Assembly: GCF_009914755.1 (NCBI RefSeq)
Contig: NC_060948.1
DNA: 64,000 nucleotides
Origin: the human T2T-CHM13v2.0 reference genome, Homo sapiens
Direction: 5' to 3' (one strand)
The number at the start of each line of letters is the position of its first letter. Position 1 is the stretch's first letter. The notes beneath the pieces were generated by a model. It saw only the letters and a list, made by a program, of their open reading frames with translations. It had not been told where the DNA came from and did not search any database. The position numbers and the translations under genes are program-made. Below, in pieces: positions 39,199 through 53,453 of this stretch.

Positions 39199-42100
39199 GC
39201 AATGGAATCTAATGAAACTGAAAGGAAAGGAATGGAATGGAATGGAATGGGCTGGAATGGAAAGGAATCGAAATGAATGGAATGGAATCGAACTGAAGAG
39301 ACTGGAATGGAATGCACTGGAATGGAAGGGAGTGTAATGGAAGGTTCTCGAAAAAAATGGAATCGAATGGAATGGAATTGAATGGAACGGAATAGAGTCG
39401 AATGGAATTGAATGGAATGGAATGGACTAGAGTGAAATGGAATCGAACCACAAGGAATGGACAGGAATAGAATGGTCTCGAATTGAATGGAATCGTATGG
39501 AATGGCATCAAACGGAATGGAATGGACAGCCACGGAATGGAATGCACTCGAATGCAATGGAGTCGAAACTAATGGACTGGAATAGAATGGACTCGACTGG
39601 TACGGACTCCAATGGAATGGAATCGAATGGAAGGGAATCGAACGGAATGGACTCGAAGGGAAAAGACTGCAATGGAAAGGTCTCGAATGGAATGGAAATT
39701 AATGGAATGGAATGGAATCGAATGAAATGGAGTCAAAAGGAATGGAATCGAATGGCAAGAAATCGAATGTAATGGAATCGCAAGGAATTGATGTGAACGG
39801 AACGGAATGGAATGGAATCCAAAGGAATGGAATAGAATGGAATGGAATCGAATGGAAAGGACTCGAATGGAAATCACTCGAATAGAATGCAATTTAATAA
39901 AATAGGATCAAATGTAATGGAATGGAATGGAAAGGAATCGAAACGAAAGGAATGGAGACAGATGGAATGGAATGGAACAGAGAGCAATGGTATAGAATGG
40001 AATGGAATCATCTGGAATGGAATTGAATGGAATGGAATAATATGAAATGGAATGGAATGGAATGGAATGGAATGCCCTTGAATTAAATGGACTGGAATGG
40101 AATGGACTCGAACAGAGTGTAATGGAAAGTGTTGAGATAGAATGGAATGGACTCCTTTGGAATGGTGTAGTATGCAATGCAATCGACTGGCAGGGAATCA
40201 AAAGGAATGTAATGGAATGGATTGGACTGGAATGCAATGGACTCGAATAGATTGGAAACGGAATGCAAAGGAATGGAATGGAATAGTATGGAATGGAATG
40301 GAAAGGAATGGAGTGGAATAGACTAGAGTGGAATGGAATGGACTGGAAAGCAATGGACTGGAATGGAACTTTCTTGAATGGACTGGAATCAAACGGAATG
40401 GAATGCAATGCAATCAAATGGCATGGAATAAAATAGAATGAAAGAGAATCAAATGGAATTGAATCGAATGGAATCGAATGGATTGGAAAGGAATAGAATG
40501 GAATGGAATGGAATTCACTCAAGTGGAATGGACTAGAATGGAATGGATTCGAATGGAAGGCAAAGGAATGGAATCTATTGGAATGGACTGTAATGGAATG
40601 GAATGGAAGGGATTGGAATGGACTCGAATGGAATGGACTGCAATAGAAAGGATTCGAATGGAATGAAAAAGAATTGAATGGAATAGAACAGAATGGAATC
40701 AAATCGAATGAAATGGAATGGAATAGAAAGGAATGGAATGAAATGGAATGGAAAGGATTCGAATGGAATGCAATCGAATGGAATGGAATCGAACGGAATG
40801 GAATAAAATGGAAGAAAACTGGCAAGAAATGGAATCGAAATGAATGGAGTGTTATGGAACGGACTCAAAAGGAATTGAATGTAATAGAATGGAGTGGAGT
40901 GGACTCGAATATAATGGACTGGAATGGAATGAAATCACAAGGAATGGGAACGAATGGAATGGAATGGAAAGGAATGGAATCGAATGGAAAGGAATCGAAT
41001 GGAAGGGAATGAAATTGAATCAACAGGAATGGAAGGGAATAGAATAGACGGTAATGGAATGGACTCGAATAGAATGGACACGAATGCTCAAATTGAATGG
41101 ACTCGAATGGAATGGAAACGAAAGGAATGTCATCGAATGGAATTGAATGGATTGGAATGAAATCGCATAGAATGGAGTGGAATCAAATGGAATTGAATCG
41201 AAAGGAAAGGAAGCGAATGGACTGAAATGAAATGGAATGGAATTGAATGGAAAGTAATGCAATGGAATAGAATGGAACGAAATTTCACGGAATGGAATCA
41301 AACTGAATGGAATCAAATCAATGGAATCAAATCAAATGGAATGGAAAGGAATTGAATGGAGTAGATTGGATTGGATGGGATTGGAATGAAATGTACTGGA
41401 AAGGACTCGAATTTCATGAAACGGAATGGAATGAATTGGAACGGAATGGACTCGAATGGAATGGAATGTCATGGAATGGCATCAAATGGAATGGCATCAA
41501 ATGGAATGGAATCGAATGCAATGGAATGCTATGGAATGGAATGGAATGCATTGGAATGGAATGTCCTCTAATGGAATGGATTCGAGTGGAATGGAATCGA
41601 ATATAATGGAGTCGAATGAAATGGAATTGAAAGGAATGGGATCGAATACAATGGAATATACTGGAATGTAATGTAATGAACTCGAATGTAATTGACTGGA
41701 ATGGAATGTACATGAATGGAATGTAATCGAATGGAAAGTAATCCAATGGAATAGAATCTAATGCAATAAAATCGACTCAGATAGAGTAGAATGTAATGGA
41801 ATGGAGTGCAGTGCAATGGAATGGAATGGAATGGAATGCAATGGAATGGAATGGAATGGAATGGAATGGAATGGAATGGAATGGAATGGAATGGGATGGA
41901 ATGGGATGGAATGGTATGGAATGGATAGTAATGGACTGGAGTGAAATGGACTGGAAAGGAATGGACTCAAATTGAAAGGGCTCGAAAGGAATGGAGTCAA
42001 ATGGAATGGTCTGGAATGGAATGAACACGAATGTAATGCAATCCAATAGAATGGAATCGAATGGCATGGAATATAAAGAAATGGAATCGAAGAGAATGGA

Positions 42101-42782
42101 AACAAATGGAATGGAATTGAATGGAATGGAATTGAATGGAATGGGAACGAATGGAGTGAAATTGTATGCAGTAGAAGGGAATAGAATGGAATGCAAGCGA
42201 AAGGAAAGGAATGGATTGGAATGGAATGGAATTCATTGGAATGGAAGGGAATGTAGTGTAATGGACAGGCCTGGAATAAAGTGGAATGCTACGGTCTCGA
42301 ATGGAATAAAAATGTATGGAATGGAATGCAATGAAACGGAATCGAATGTCATAGAATGTAATGGAATGCAACAAAATGGAATCCAAAATCATTGACTGGA
42401 AAGGCTGGGTGTCGAAAGGAATTGACTCCAATGGAATGGAATCGAATGGAATGGAAGTGAATAGAATCGAACTAAATCGAATGGAATGGAATTGATAGGA
42501 ACGGAATGGAAAGGAATGCAATGATTTGGCATGGAATGGAATCGAATGGCATCGAATGGAATGGAATGGAATGCAATGGAATGGAATGTATTAGAATGTA
42601 ATGAACTTTAATGGAATGTACTCGAATGGATTCGACTGGAATGGAATGTTCTGGAAGTGAATGGACTCCAATGGAATGGATTCAAAAGGAATGGAATCGT
42701 ACGGAATGGAATCTAATGGAATGGAATTAAATGGAAATGAATCAAATTGAATAGCACGGAATTGAATTGAATGGAATGGAAT
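39199..42782 (+). repeat. DYZ1 unit 12 (3584 bp; longest unit)
   Basis: Extra EcoRI site (GAATTCACTC) at 40511; long GGAAT tract at 41843-41892. Confidence 0.9.
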
Positions 42783-45700
42783 GCAATGGAATCTAATGAA
42801 ACGGAAAGGAAAGGAATGGAATGGAATGGAATGGGCTGGAATGGAAAGGAATCGAAACGAATGGAATGGAATCGAACTGAAGAGACTGGAATGGAATGCA
42901 CTGGAATGGAAGGGAGTGTAATGGAAGGTTCTCGAAAAAAATGGAATGGAATGGAATGGAATTGAATGGAACGGAATAGAGTCGAATGGAATTGAATGGA
43001 ATGGAATGGACTAGAGTGAAATGGAATCGAACCACAAGGAATGGACAGGAATAGAATGGTCTCGAATTGAATGGAATCGTATGGAATGGCATCAAACGGA
43101 ATGGAATGGACAGCCACGGAATGGAATGCACTCGAATGCAATGGAGTCGAAACTAATGGACTGGAATAGAATGGACTCGACTGGTACGGACTCCAATGGA
43201 ATGGAATCGAATGGAAGGGAATCGAACGGAATGGACTCGAAGGGAAAAGACTGCAATGGAAAGGTCTCGAATGGAATGGAAATTAATGGAATGGAATGGA
43301 ATCGAATGAAATGGAGTCAAAAGGAATGGAATCGAATGGCAAGAAATCGAATGTAATGGAATCGCAAGGAATTGATGTGAACGGAACGGAATGGAATGGA
43401 ATCCAAAGGAATGGAACAGAATGGAATGGAATCGAATGGAAAGGACTCGAATGGAAATCACTCGAATAGAATGCAATTTAATAAAATAGGATCAAATGTA
43501 ATGGAATGGAATGGAAAGGAATCGAAACGAAAGGAATGGAGACAGATGGAATGGAATGGAACAGAGAGCAATGGTATAGAATGGAATGGAATCATCTGGA
43601 ATGGAATTGAATGGAATGGAATAATATGAAATGGAATGGAATGGAATGGAATGGAATGCCCTTGAATTAAATGGACTGGAATGGAATGGACTCGAACAGA
43701 GTGGAATGGAAAGTGTTGAGATAGAATGGAATGGACTCCTTTGGAATGGTGTAGTATGCAATGCAATCGACTGGCAGGGAATCAAAAGGAATGTAATGGA
43801 ATGGATTGGACTGGAATGCAATGGACTCGAATAGATTGGAAACGGAATGCAAAGGAATGGAATGGAATAGTATGGAATGGAATGGAAAGGAATGGAGTGG
43901 AATAGACTAGAGTGGAATGGAATGGACTGGAAAGCAATGGACTGGAATGGAACTTTCTTGAATGGACTGGAATCAAACGGAATGGAATGCAATGCAATCA
44001 AATGGCATGGAATAAAATAGAATGAAAGAGAATCAAATGGAATTGAATCGAATGGAATCGAATGGATTGGAAAGGAATAGAATGGAATGGAATGGAATTC
44101 ACTCAAATGGAATGGACTAGAATGGAATGGATTCGAATGGAAGGCAAAGGAATGGAATCTATTGGAATGGACTGTAATGGAATGGAATGGAAGGGATTGG
44201 AATGGACTCGAATGGAATGGACTGCAATAGAAAGGATTCGAATGGAATGAAAAAGAATTGAATGGAATAGAACAGAATGGAATCAAATCGAATGAAATGG
44301 AATGGAATAGAAAGGAATGGAATGAAATGGAATGGAAAGGATTCGAATGGAATGCAATCGAATGGAATGGAATCAAACGGAATGGAATAAAATGGAAGAA
44401 AACTGGCAAGAAATGGAATCGAAATGAATGGAGTGTTATGGAACGGACTCAAAAGGAATTGAATGTAATAGAATGGAGTGGAGTGGACTCGAATATAATG
44501 GACTGGAATGGAATGAAATCACATGGAATGGGAACGAATGGAATGGAATGGAAAGGAATGGAATCGAATGGAAAGGAATCGAATGGAAGGGAATGAAATT
44601 GAATCAACAGGAATGGAAGGGAATAGAATAGACGGTAATGGAATGGACTCGAATAGAATGGACACGAATGCTCAAATTGAATGGACTCGAATGGAATGGA
44701 AACGAAAGGAATGTCATCGAATGGAATTGAATCGATTGGAATGAAATCGCATAGAATGGAGTGGAATCAAATGGAATTGAATCGAAAGGAAAGGAAGCGA
44801 ATGGACTGAAATGAAATGGAATGGAATTGAATGGAAAGTAATGCAATGGAATAGAATGGAACGAAATTTCACGGAATGGAATCAAACTGAATGGAATCAA
44901 ATCAATGGAATCTAATCAAAGGAATGGAAAGGAATTGAATGGAGTAGATTGGATTGGATGGGATTGGAATGAAATGTACTGGAAAGGACTCGAATTTCAT
45001 GAAACGGAATGGAATGAATTGGAACGGAATGGACTCGAATGGAATGGAATGTCATGGAATGGCATCAAATGGAATGGCATCAAATGGAATGGAATCGAAT
45101 GCAATGGAATGCTATGGAATGGAATGGAATGCATTGGAATGGAATGTCCTCTAATGGAATGGATTCGAGTGGAATGGAATCGAATATAATGGAGTCGAAT
45201 GAAATGGAATTGAAAGGAATGGGATCGAATTCAATGGAATATACTGCAATGTAATGTAATGAACTCCAATGTAATTGACTGGAATGGAATGTACATGAAT
45301 GGAATGTAATCGAATGGAAAGTAATCCAATGGAATAGAATCTAATGCAATAAAATCGACTCAGATAGAGTAGAATGTAATGGAATGGAGTGCAGTGCAAT
45401 GGAATGGAATGGAATGGAATGCAATGGAATGGAATGGAATGGAATGGAATGGAATGGAACGGAATGGAATGGAATGGGATGGAATGGTATGGAATGGATA
45501 GTAATGGACTGGAGTGAAATGGACTGGAAAGGAATGGACTCAAATTGAAAGGGCTCGAAAGGAATGCAGTCAAATGCAATGGTCTGGAATGGAATGAACA
45601 CGAATGTATTGCAATCCAATAGAATGGAATCGAATGGCATGGAATATAAAGAAATGGAATCGAAGAGAATGGAAACAAATGGAATGGAATTGAATGGAAT

Positions 45701-46355
45701 GGAATTGAATAGAATGGGAACGAATGGAATGAAATTGTATGCAGTAGAAGAGAATAGAATGGAATGCAAGCGAAAGGAAAGGAATGGATTGGAATGGAAT
45801 GGAATTCATTGGAATGCAAGGGAATGTAGTGTAATGGACAGGCCTGGAATAAAGTGGAATGCTACGGTCTCGAATGGAATAAAAATGTATGGAATGGAAT
45901 GCAATGAAACGGAATCGAATGTCATAGAATGTAATGGAATGCAAAAAAATGGAATCCAAAATCATTGACTGGAAAGGCTGGGTGTCGAAAGGAATTGACT
46001 CCAATGGAATGGAATCAAATGGAATGGAAGTGAATAGAATCGAACTAAATCGAATGGAATGGAATTGATAGGAACGGAATGGAAAGGAATGCAATGATTT
46101 GGCATGGAATGGAATCGAATGGCATCGAATGGAATGGAATGGAATGCAATGGAATGGAATGTATTAGAATGTAATGAACTTTAATGGAATGTACTCGAAT
46201 GGATTCGACTGGAATGGAATGTTCTGGAAGTGAATGGACTCCAATGGAATGGATTCCAAAGGAATGGAATCGTACGGAATGGAATCTAATGGAATGGAAT
46301 TAAATGGAAATGAATCAAATTGAATAGCACGGAATTGAATTGAATGGAATGGAAT
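42783..46355 (+). repeat. DYZ1 unit 13 (3573 bp; private 1-bp deletion and SNV cluster)
   Basis: TCTAATCAAAGGAAT at 44911-44925; about 12 private SNVs at 45231-46017. Confidence 0.9.
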
Positions 46356-49300
46356 GCAATGGAATCTAATGAAACGGAAAGGAAAGGAATGGAATGGAAT
46401 GGAATGGGCTGGAATGGAAAGGAATCGAAACGAATGGAATGGAATCGAACTGAAGAGACTGGAATGGAATGCACTGGAATGGAAGGGAGTGTAATGGAAG
46501 GTTCTCGAAAAAAATGGAATCGAATGGAATGGAATTGAATGGAACGGAATAGAGTCGAATGGAATTGAATGGAATGGAATGGTCTAGAGTGAAATGGAAT
46601 CGAACCACAAGGAATGGACAGGAATAGAATGGTCTCGAATTGAATGGAATCGTATGGAATGGCATCAAACGGAATGGAATGGACAGCCACGGAATGGAAT
46701 GCACTCGAATGCAATGGAGTCGAAACTAATGGACTGGAATAGAATGGACTCGACTGGTACGGACTCCAATGGAATGGAATCGAATGGAAGGGAATCGAAC
46801 GGAATGGACTCGAAGGGAAAAGACTGCAATGGAAAGGTCTCGAATGGAATGGAAATTAATGGAATGGAATGGAATCGAATGAAAAGGAGTCAAAAGGAAT
46901 GGAATCGAATGGCAAGAAATCGAATGTAATGGAATCGCAAGGAATTGATGTGAACGGAACGGAATGGAATGGAATCCAAAGGAATGGAATAGAATGGAAT
47001 GGAATCGAATGGAAAGGACTCGAATGGAAATCACTCGAATAGAATGCAATTTAATAAAATAGGATCAAATGTAATGGAATGGAATGGAAAGGAATCGAAA
47101 CGAAAGGAATGGAGACAGATGGAATGGAATAGAACAGAGAGCAATGGTATAGAATGGAATGGAATCATCTGGAATGGAATTGAATGGAATGGAATAATAT
47201 GAAATGGAATGGAATGGAATGGAATGGAATGCCCTTGAATTAAATGGACTGGAATGGAATGGACTCGAACAGAGTGGAATGGAAAGTGTTGAGATAGAAT
47301 GGAATGGACTCCTTTGGAATGGTGTAGTATGCAATGCAATCGACTGGCACGGAATCAAAAGGAATGTAATGGAATGGATTGGACTGGAATGCAATGGACT
47401 CGAATAGATTGCAAACGGAATGCAAAGGAATGGAATGGAATAGTATGGAATGGAATGGAAAGGAATGGAGTGGAATAGACTAGAGTGGAATGGAATGGAC
47501 TGGAAAGCAATGGACTGGAATGGAACTTTCTTGAATGGACTGGAATCAAACGGAATGGAATGCAATGCAATCAAATGGCATGGAATAAAATTGAATGAAA
47601 GAGAATCAAATGGAATTGAATCGAATGGAATCGAATGGATTGGAAAGGAATAGAATGGAATGGAATGGAATTGACTCAAATGGAATGGACTAGAATGGAA
47701 TGGATTCGAATGGAAGGCAAAGGAATGGAATCTATTGGAATGGACTGTAATGGAATGGAATGGAAGGGATTGGAATGGACTCGAATGGAATGGACTGCAA
47801 TAGAAAGGATTCGAATGGAATGAAAAAGAATTGAATGGAATAGAACAGAATGGAATCAAATCGAATGAAATGGAATGGAATAGAAAGGAATGGAATGAAA
47901 TGGAATGGAAAGGATTCGAATGGAATGCAATCGAATGGAATGGAATCGAACGGAATGGAATAAAATGGAAGAAAACAGGCAAGAAATGGAATCGAAAGGA
48001 ATGGAGTGTTATGGAACGGACTCAAAAGGAATTGAATGTAATAGAATGGAGTGGAGTGGACTCGAATATAATGGACTGGAATGGAATGAAATCACATGGA
48101 ATGGGAACGAATGGAATGGAATGGAAAGGAATGGAATCGAATGGAAAGGAATCGAATGGAAGGGAATGAAATTGAATCAACAGGAATGGAAGGGAATAGA
48201 ATAGACGGTAATGGAATGGACTCGAATAGAATGGACACGAATGCTCAAATTGAATGGACTCGAATGGAATGGAAACGAAAGGAATGTCATCGAATGGAAT
48301 TGAATGGATTGGAATGAAATCGCATAGAATGGAGTGGAATCAAATGGAATTGAATCGAAAGGAAAGGAAGTGAATGGACTGAAATGAAATGGAATGGAAT
48401 TGAATGGAAAGTAATGCAATGGAATAGAATGGAACGAAATTTCACGGAATGGAATCAAACTGAATGGAATCAAATCAATGGAATCAAATCAAATGGAATG
48501 GAAAGGAATTGAATGGAGTAGATTGGATTGGATGGGATTGGAATGAAATGTACTGGAAAGGACTCGAATTTCATGAAACGGAATGGAATGAATTGGAACG
48601 GAATGGACTCGAATGGAATGGAATGTCATGGAATGGCATCAAATGGAATGGCATCAAATGGAATGGAATCGAATGCAATGGAATGCTATGGAATGGAATG
48701 GAATGCATTGGAATGGAATGTCCTCTAATGGAATGGATTCGAGTGGAATGGAATCGAATATAATGGAGTCGAATGAAATGGAATTGAAAAGAATGGGATC
48801 GAATACAATGGAATATACTGGAATGTAATGTAATGAACTCGAATGTAATTGACTGGAATGGAATGTACATGAATGGAATGTAATCGAATGGAAAGTAATC
48901 CAATGGAATAGAATCTAATGCAATAAAATCGACTCAGATAGAGTAGAATGTAATGGAATGGAGTGCAGTGCAATGCAATGGAATGGAATGGAATGCAATG
49001 GAATGGAATGGAATGGAATGGAATGGAATGGGATGGAATGGTATGGAATGGATAGTAGTGGACTGGAGTGAAATGGACTGGAAAGGAATGGACTCAAATT
49101 GAAAGGGCTCGAAAGGAATGGAGTCAAATGGAATGGTCTGGAATGGAATGAACACGAATGTAATGCAATCCAATAGAATGGAATCGAATGGCATGGAATA
49201 TAAAGAAATGGAATCGAAGAGAATGGAAACAAATAGAATGGAATTGAATGGAATGGAATTGAATGGAATGGGAACGAATGGAGTGAAATTGTATGCAGTA

Positions 49301-49909
49301 GAAGGGAATAGAATGGAATGCAAGCGAAAGGAAAGGAATGGATTGGAATGGAATGGAATTCATTGGAATGGAAGGGAATGTAGTGTAATGGACAGGCCTG
49401 GAATAAAGTGGAATGCTACGGTCTCGAATGGAATAAAAATGTATGGAATGGAATGCAATGAAACGGAATCGAATGTCATAGAATGTAATGGAATGCAAAA
49501 AAATGGAATCCAAAATCATTGACTGGAAAGGCTGGGTGTCGAAAGGAATTGACTCCACTGGAATGGAATCGAATGGAGTAGAAGTGAATAGAATCGAACT
49601 AAATCGAATGGAATGGAATTGATAGGAACGGAATGGAAAGGAATGCAATGATTTGGCACGGAATGGAATCGAATGACATCGAATGGAATGGAATGGAATG
49701 CAATGGAATGGAACGTATTAGAATGTAATGAACTTTAATGGAATGTACTCGAATGGATTCGACTGGAATGGAATGTTATGGAAGTGAATGGACTCCAATG
49801 GAATGGATTCAAAAGGAATGGAATCGTACGGAATGGAATCTAATGGAATGGAATTAAATGGAAATGAATCAAATTGAATAGCACGGAATTGAATTGAATG
49901 GAATCGAAT
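46356..49909 (+). repeat. DYZ1 unit 14 (3554 bp)
   Basis: GGCACGG, AAACAGGC, GTTATGG and GAACGTATT variants shared with unit 16. Confidence 0.9.
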
Positions 49910-52900
49910 GCAATGGAATCTAATGAAACGGAAAGGAAAGGAATGGAATGGAATGGAATGGGCTGGAATGGAAAGGAATCGAAACGAATGGAATGGAATC
50001 GAACTGAAGAGACTGGAATGGAATGCACTGGAATGGAAGGGAGTGTAATGGAAGTTTCTCGAAAAAAATGGAATCGAATGGAATGGAATTGAATGGAACG
50101 GAATAGAGTCGAATGGAATTGAATGGAATGGAATGGACTAGAGTGAAATGGAATCGAACCACAAGGAATGGACAGGAATAGAATGGTCTCGAATTGAATG
50201 GAATCGTATGGAATGGCATCAAACGGAATGGAATGGACAGCCACGGAATGGAATGCACTCGAATGCAATGGAGTCGAAACTAATGGACTGGAATAGAATG
50301 GACTCGACTGGTACGGACTCCAATGGAATGGAATCGAATGGAAGGGAATCGAACGGAATGGACTCGAAGGGAAAAGACTGCAATGGAAAGGTCTCGAATG
50401 GAATGGAAATAAATGGAATGGAATGGAATCGAATGAAATGGAGTCAAAAGGAATGGAATCGAATGGCAAGAAATCGAATGTAATGGAATCGCAAGGAATT
50501 GATGTGAACGCAACGGAATGGAATGGAATCCAAAGGAATGGAATAAAATGGAATGGAATCGAATGGAAAGGACTCGAATGGAAATCACTCGAATAGAATG
50601 CAATTTAATAAAATAGGACCAAATGTAATGGAATGGAATGGAAAGGAATCGAAACGGAAGGAATGGAGACAGATGGAATGGAATGGAACAGAGAGCAATG
50701 GTATAGAATGGAATGGAATCATCTGGAATGGAATGGAATGGAATGGAATGAAATGCCCTTGAATTAAATGGACTGGAATGGAATGGACTCGAACAGAGTG
50801 GAATGGAAAGTGTTGAGATAGAATGGAATGGACTCTTTTGGAATGGTCTAGTATGCAATGCAATCGACTGGCAGGGAATCAAAAGGAATGTAATCGAATG
50901 GATTGGACTGGAATGCAATGGACTTGAATAGATTGCAAACGGGATGCAAAGTAATGGAATGGAATAGTATGGAATGGAATGGAAAGGAATGGAGTGGAAT
51001 AGACTAGAGTGGAATGGAATGGACTGGAAAGAAATGGACTGGAATGGAACTTTCTTGAATGGACTGGAATCAAACGGAATGGAATGCAATGCAATCAAAT
51101 GGCATGGAATAAAATAGAATGAAAGAGAATCAAATGGAATTGAATCGAATGGAATCGAATGGATTGGAAAGGAATAGAATGGAATGGAATGGAATTGACT
51201 CAAATGGAATGGACTAGAATGGAATGGATTCGAATGGAAGGCAAAGGAATGGAATCTATTGGAATGGAATGTAATGGAATGGAATGGAAGGGATTGGAAT
51301 GGACTCGAATGGAATGGACTGCAATAGAAAGGATTCGAATGGAATGAAAAAGAATTGAATGGAATAAAACAGAATGGAATGAAATCGAATGAAATGGAAT
51401 GGAATAGAAAGGAATGGAATGAAATGGAATGGAAAGGATTCGAATGGAATGCAATGGAATGGAATGGAATCGAACGGAATGGAATAAAATGGAAGAAAAC
51501 TGGCAAGAAATGGAATCGAAATGAATGGAGTGTTATGGAACGGACTCAAAAGGAATTGAATGTAATAGAATGGAGTGGAGTGGACTCGAATATAATGGAC
51601 TGGAATGGAATGAAATCACATGGAATGGGAACGAATGGAATGGAATGGAAAGGAATGGAATCGAATGGAAAGGAATCGAATGGAAGGGAATGAAATTGAA
51701 TCAACAGGAATGGAAGGGAATAGAATAGACGGTAATGGAATGGACTCGAATAGAATGGACACGAATGCTCAAATTGAATGGACTCGAATGGAATGGAAAC
51801 GAAAGGAATGTCATCGAATGGAATTGAATGGATTGGAATGAAATCGCATAGAATGGAGTGGAATCAAATGGAATTGAATCGAAAGGAAAGGAAGCGAATG
51901 GACTGAAATGAAATGGAATGGAATTGAATGGAAAGTAATGCAATGGAATAGAATGGAACGAAATTTCACGGAATGGAATCAAACTGAATGGAATCAAATC
52001 AATGGAATCAAATCAAATGGAATGGAAAGGAATTGAATGGAGTAGATTGGATTGGATGGGATTGGAATGAAATGTACTGGAAAGGACTCGAATTTCATGA
52101 AACGGAATGGAATGAATTGGAACGGAATGGACTCGAATGGAATGGAATGTCATGGAATGGCATCAAATGGAATGGCATCAAATGGAATGGAATCGAATGC
52201 AATGGAATGCTATGGAATGGAATGGAATGCATTGGAATGGAATGTCCCCTAATGGAATGGATTCGAGTGGAATGGAATCGAATATAATGGAGTCGAATGA
52301 AATGGAATTGAAAGGAATGGGATCGAATAGAATGGAATATACTGGAATGTAATGTAATGAACTCGAATGTAATTGACTGGAATGGAATGTACATGAATGG
52401 AATGTAATCGAATGGAAAGTAATCCAATGGAATAGAATCTAATGCAATAAAACCGACTCAGATAGAGTAGAATGTAATGGAATGGAGTGCAGTGCAATGG
52501 AAGGGAATGGAATTGAATGCAATGGAATGGAATGGAATGGAATGGAATGGAATGGAATGGAATGGAATGGAATGGGATGGAATGGTATGGAATGGATAGT
52601 AATGGACTGGAGTGAAATGGACTGGAAAGGAATGGACTCAAATTGAAAGGGCTCGAAAGGAATGGAGTCAAATGGAATGGTCTGGAATGGAATGAACACG
52701 AATGTAATGCAATCCAATAGAATGGAATCGAATGGCATGGAATATAAAGAAATGGAATCGAAGAGAATGGAAACAAATGGAATGGAATTGAATGGAATGG
52801 AATTGAATGGAATGGGAACGAATGGAGTGAAATTGTATGCAGTAGAAGGGAATAGAATGGAATGCAAGCGAAAGGAAAGGAATGGATTGGAATGGAATGG

Positions 52901-53453
52901 AATTCATTGGAATGGAAGGGAATGTAGTGTAATGGACAGGCCTGGAATAAAGTGGAATGCTACGGTCTCGAATGGAATAAAAATGTATGGAATGGAATGC
53001 AATGAAACGGAATCGAATGTCATAGAATGTAATGGAATGCAAAAAAATGGAATCCAAAATCATTGACTGGAAAGGCTGGGTGTCGAAAGGAATTGACTCC
53101 AATGGAATGGAATCGAATGGAATGGAAGTGAATAGAATCGAACTAAATCGAATGGAATGGAATTGATAGGAACGGAATGGAAAGGAATGCAATGATTTGG
53201 CATGGAATGGAATCGAATGGCATCGAATGGAATGGAATGGAATGCAATGGAATGGAATGTATTAGAATGTAATGAACTTTAATGGAATGTACTCGAATGG
53301 ATTCGACTGGAATGGAATGTTCTGGAAGTGAATGGACTCCAATGGAATGGATTCCAAAGGAATGGAATCGTACGGAATGGAATCTAATGGAATGGAATTA
53401 AATGGAAATGAATCAAATTGAATAGCACGGAATTGAATTGAATGGAATGGAAT
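49910..53453 (+). repeat. DYZ1 unit 15 (3544 bp; 30-bp deletion)
   Basis: The AATAATATGAAAT landmark is missing at ~50730. Confidence 0.9.

Noticed and set aside
50280-51506. Longest ORF (408 aa, minus strand; repeated at 57388-58614)
   Set aside because: It arises from chance loss of stop codons by SNVs plus the in-frame 30-bp deletion, and is still pure satellite translation.
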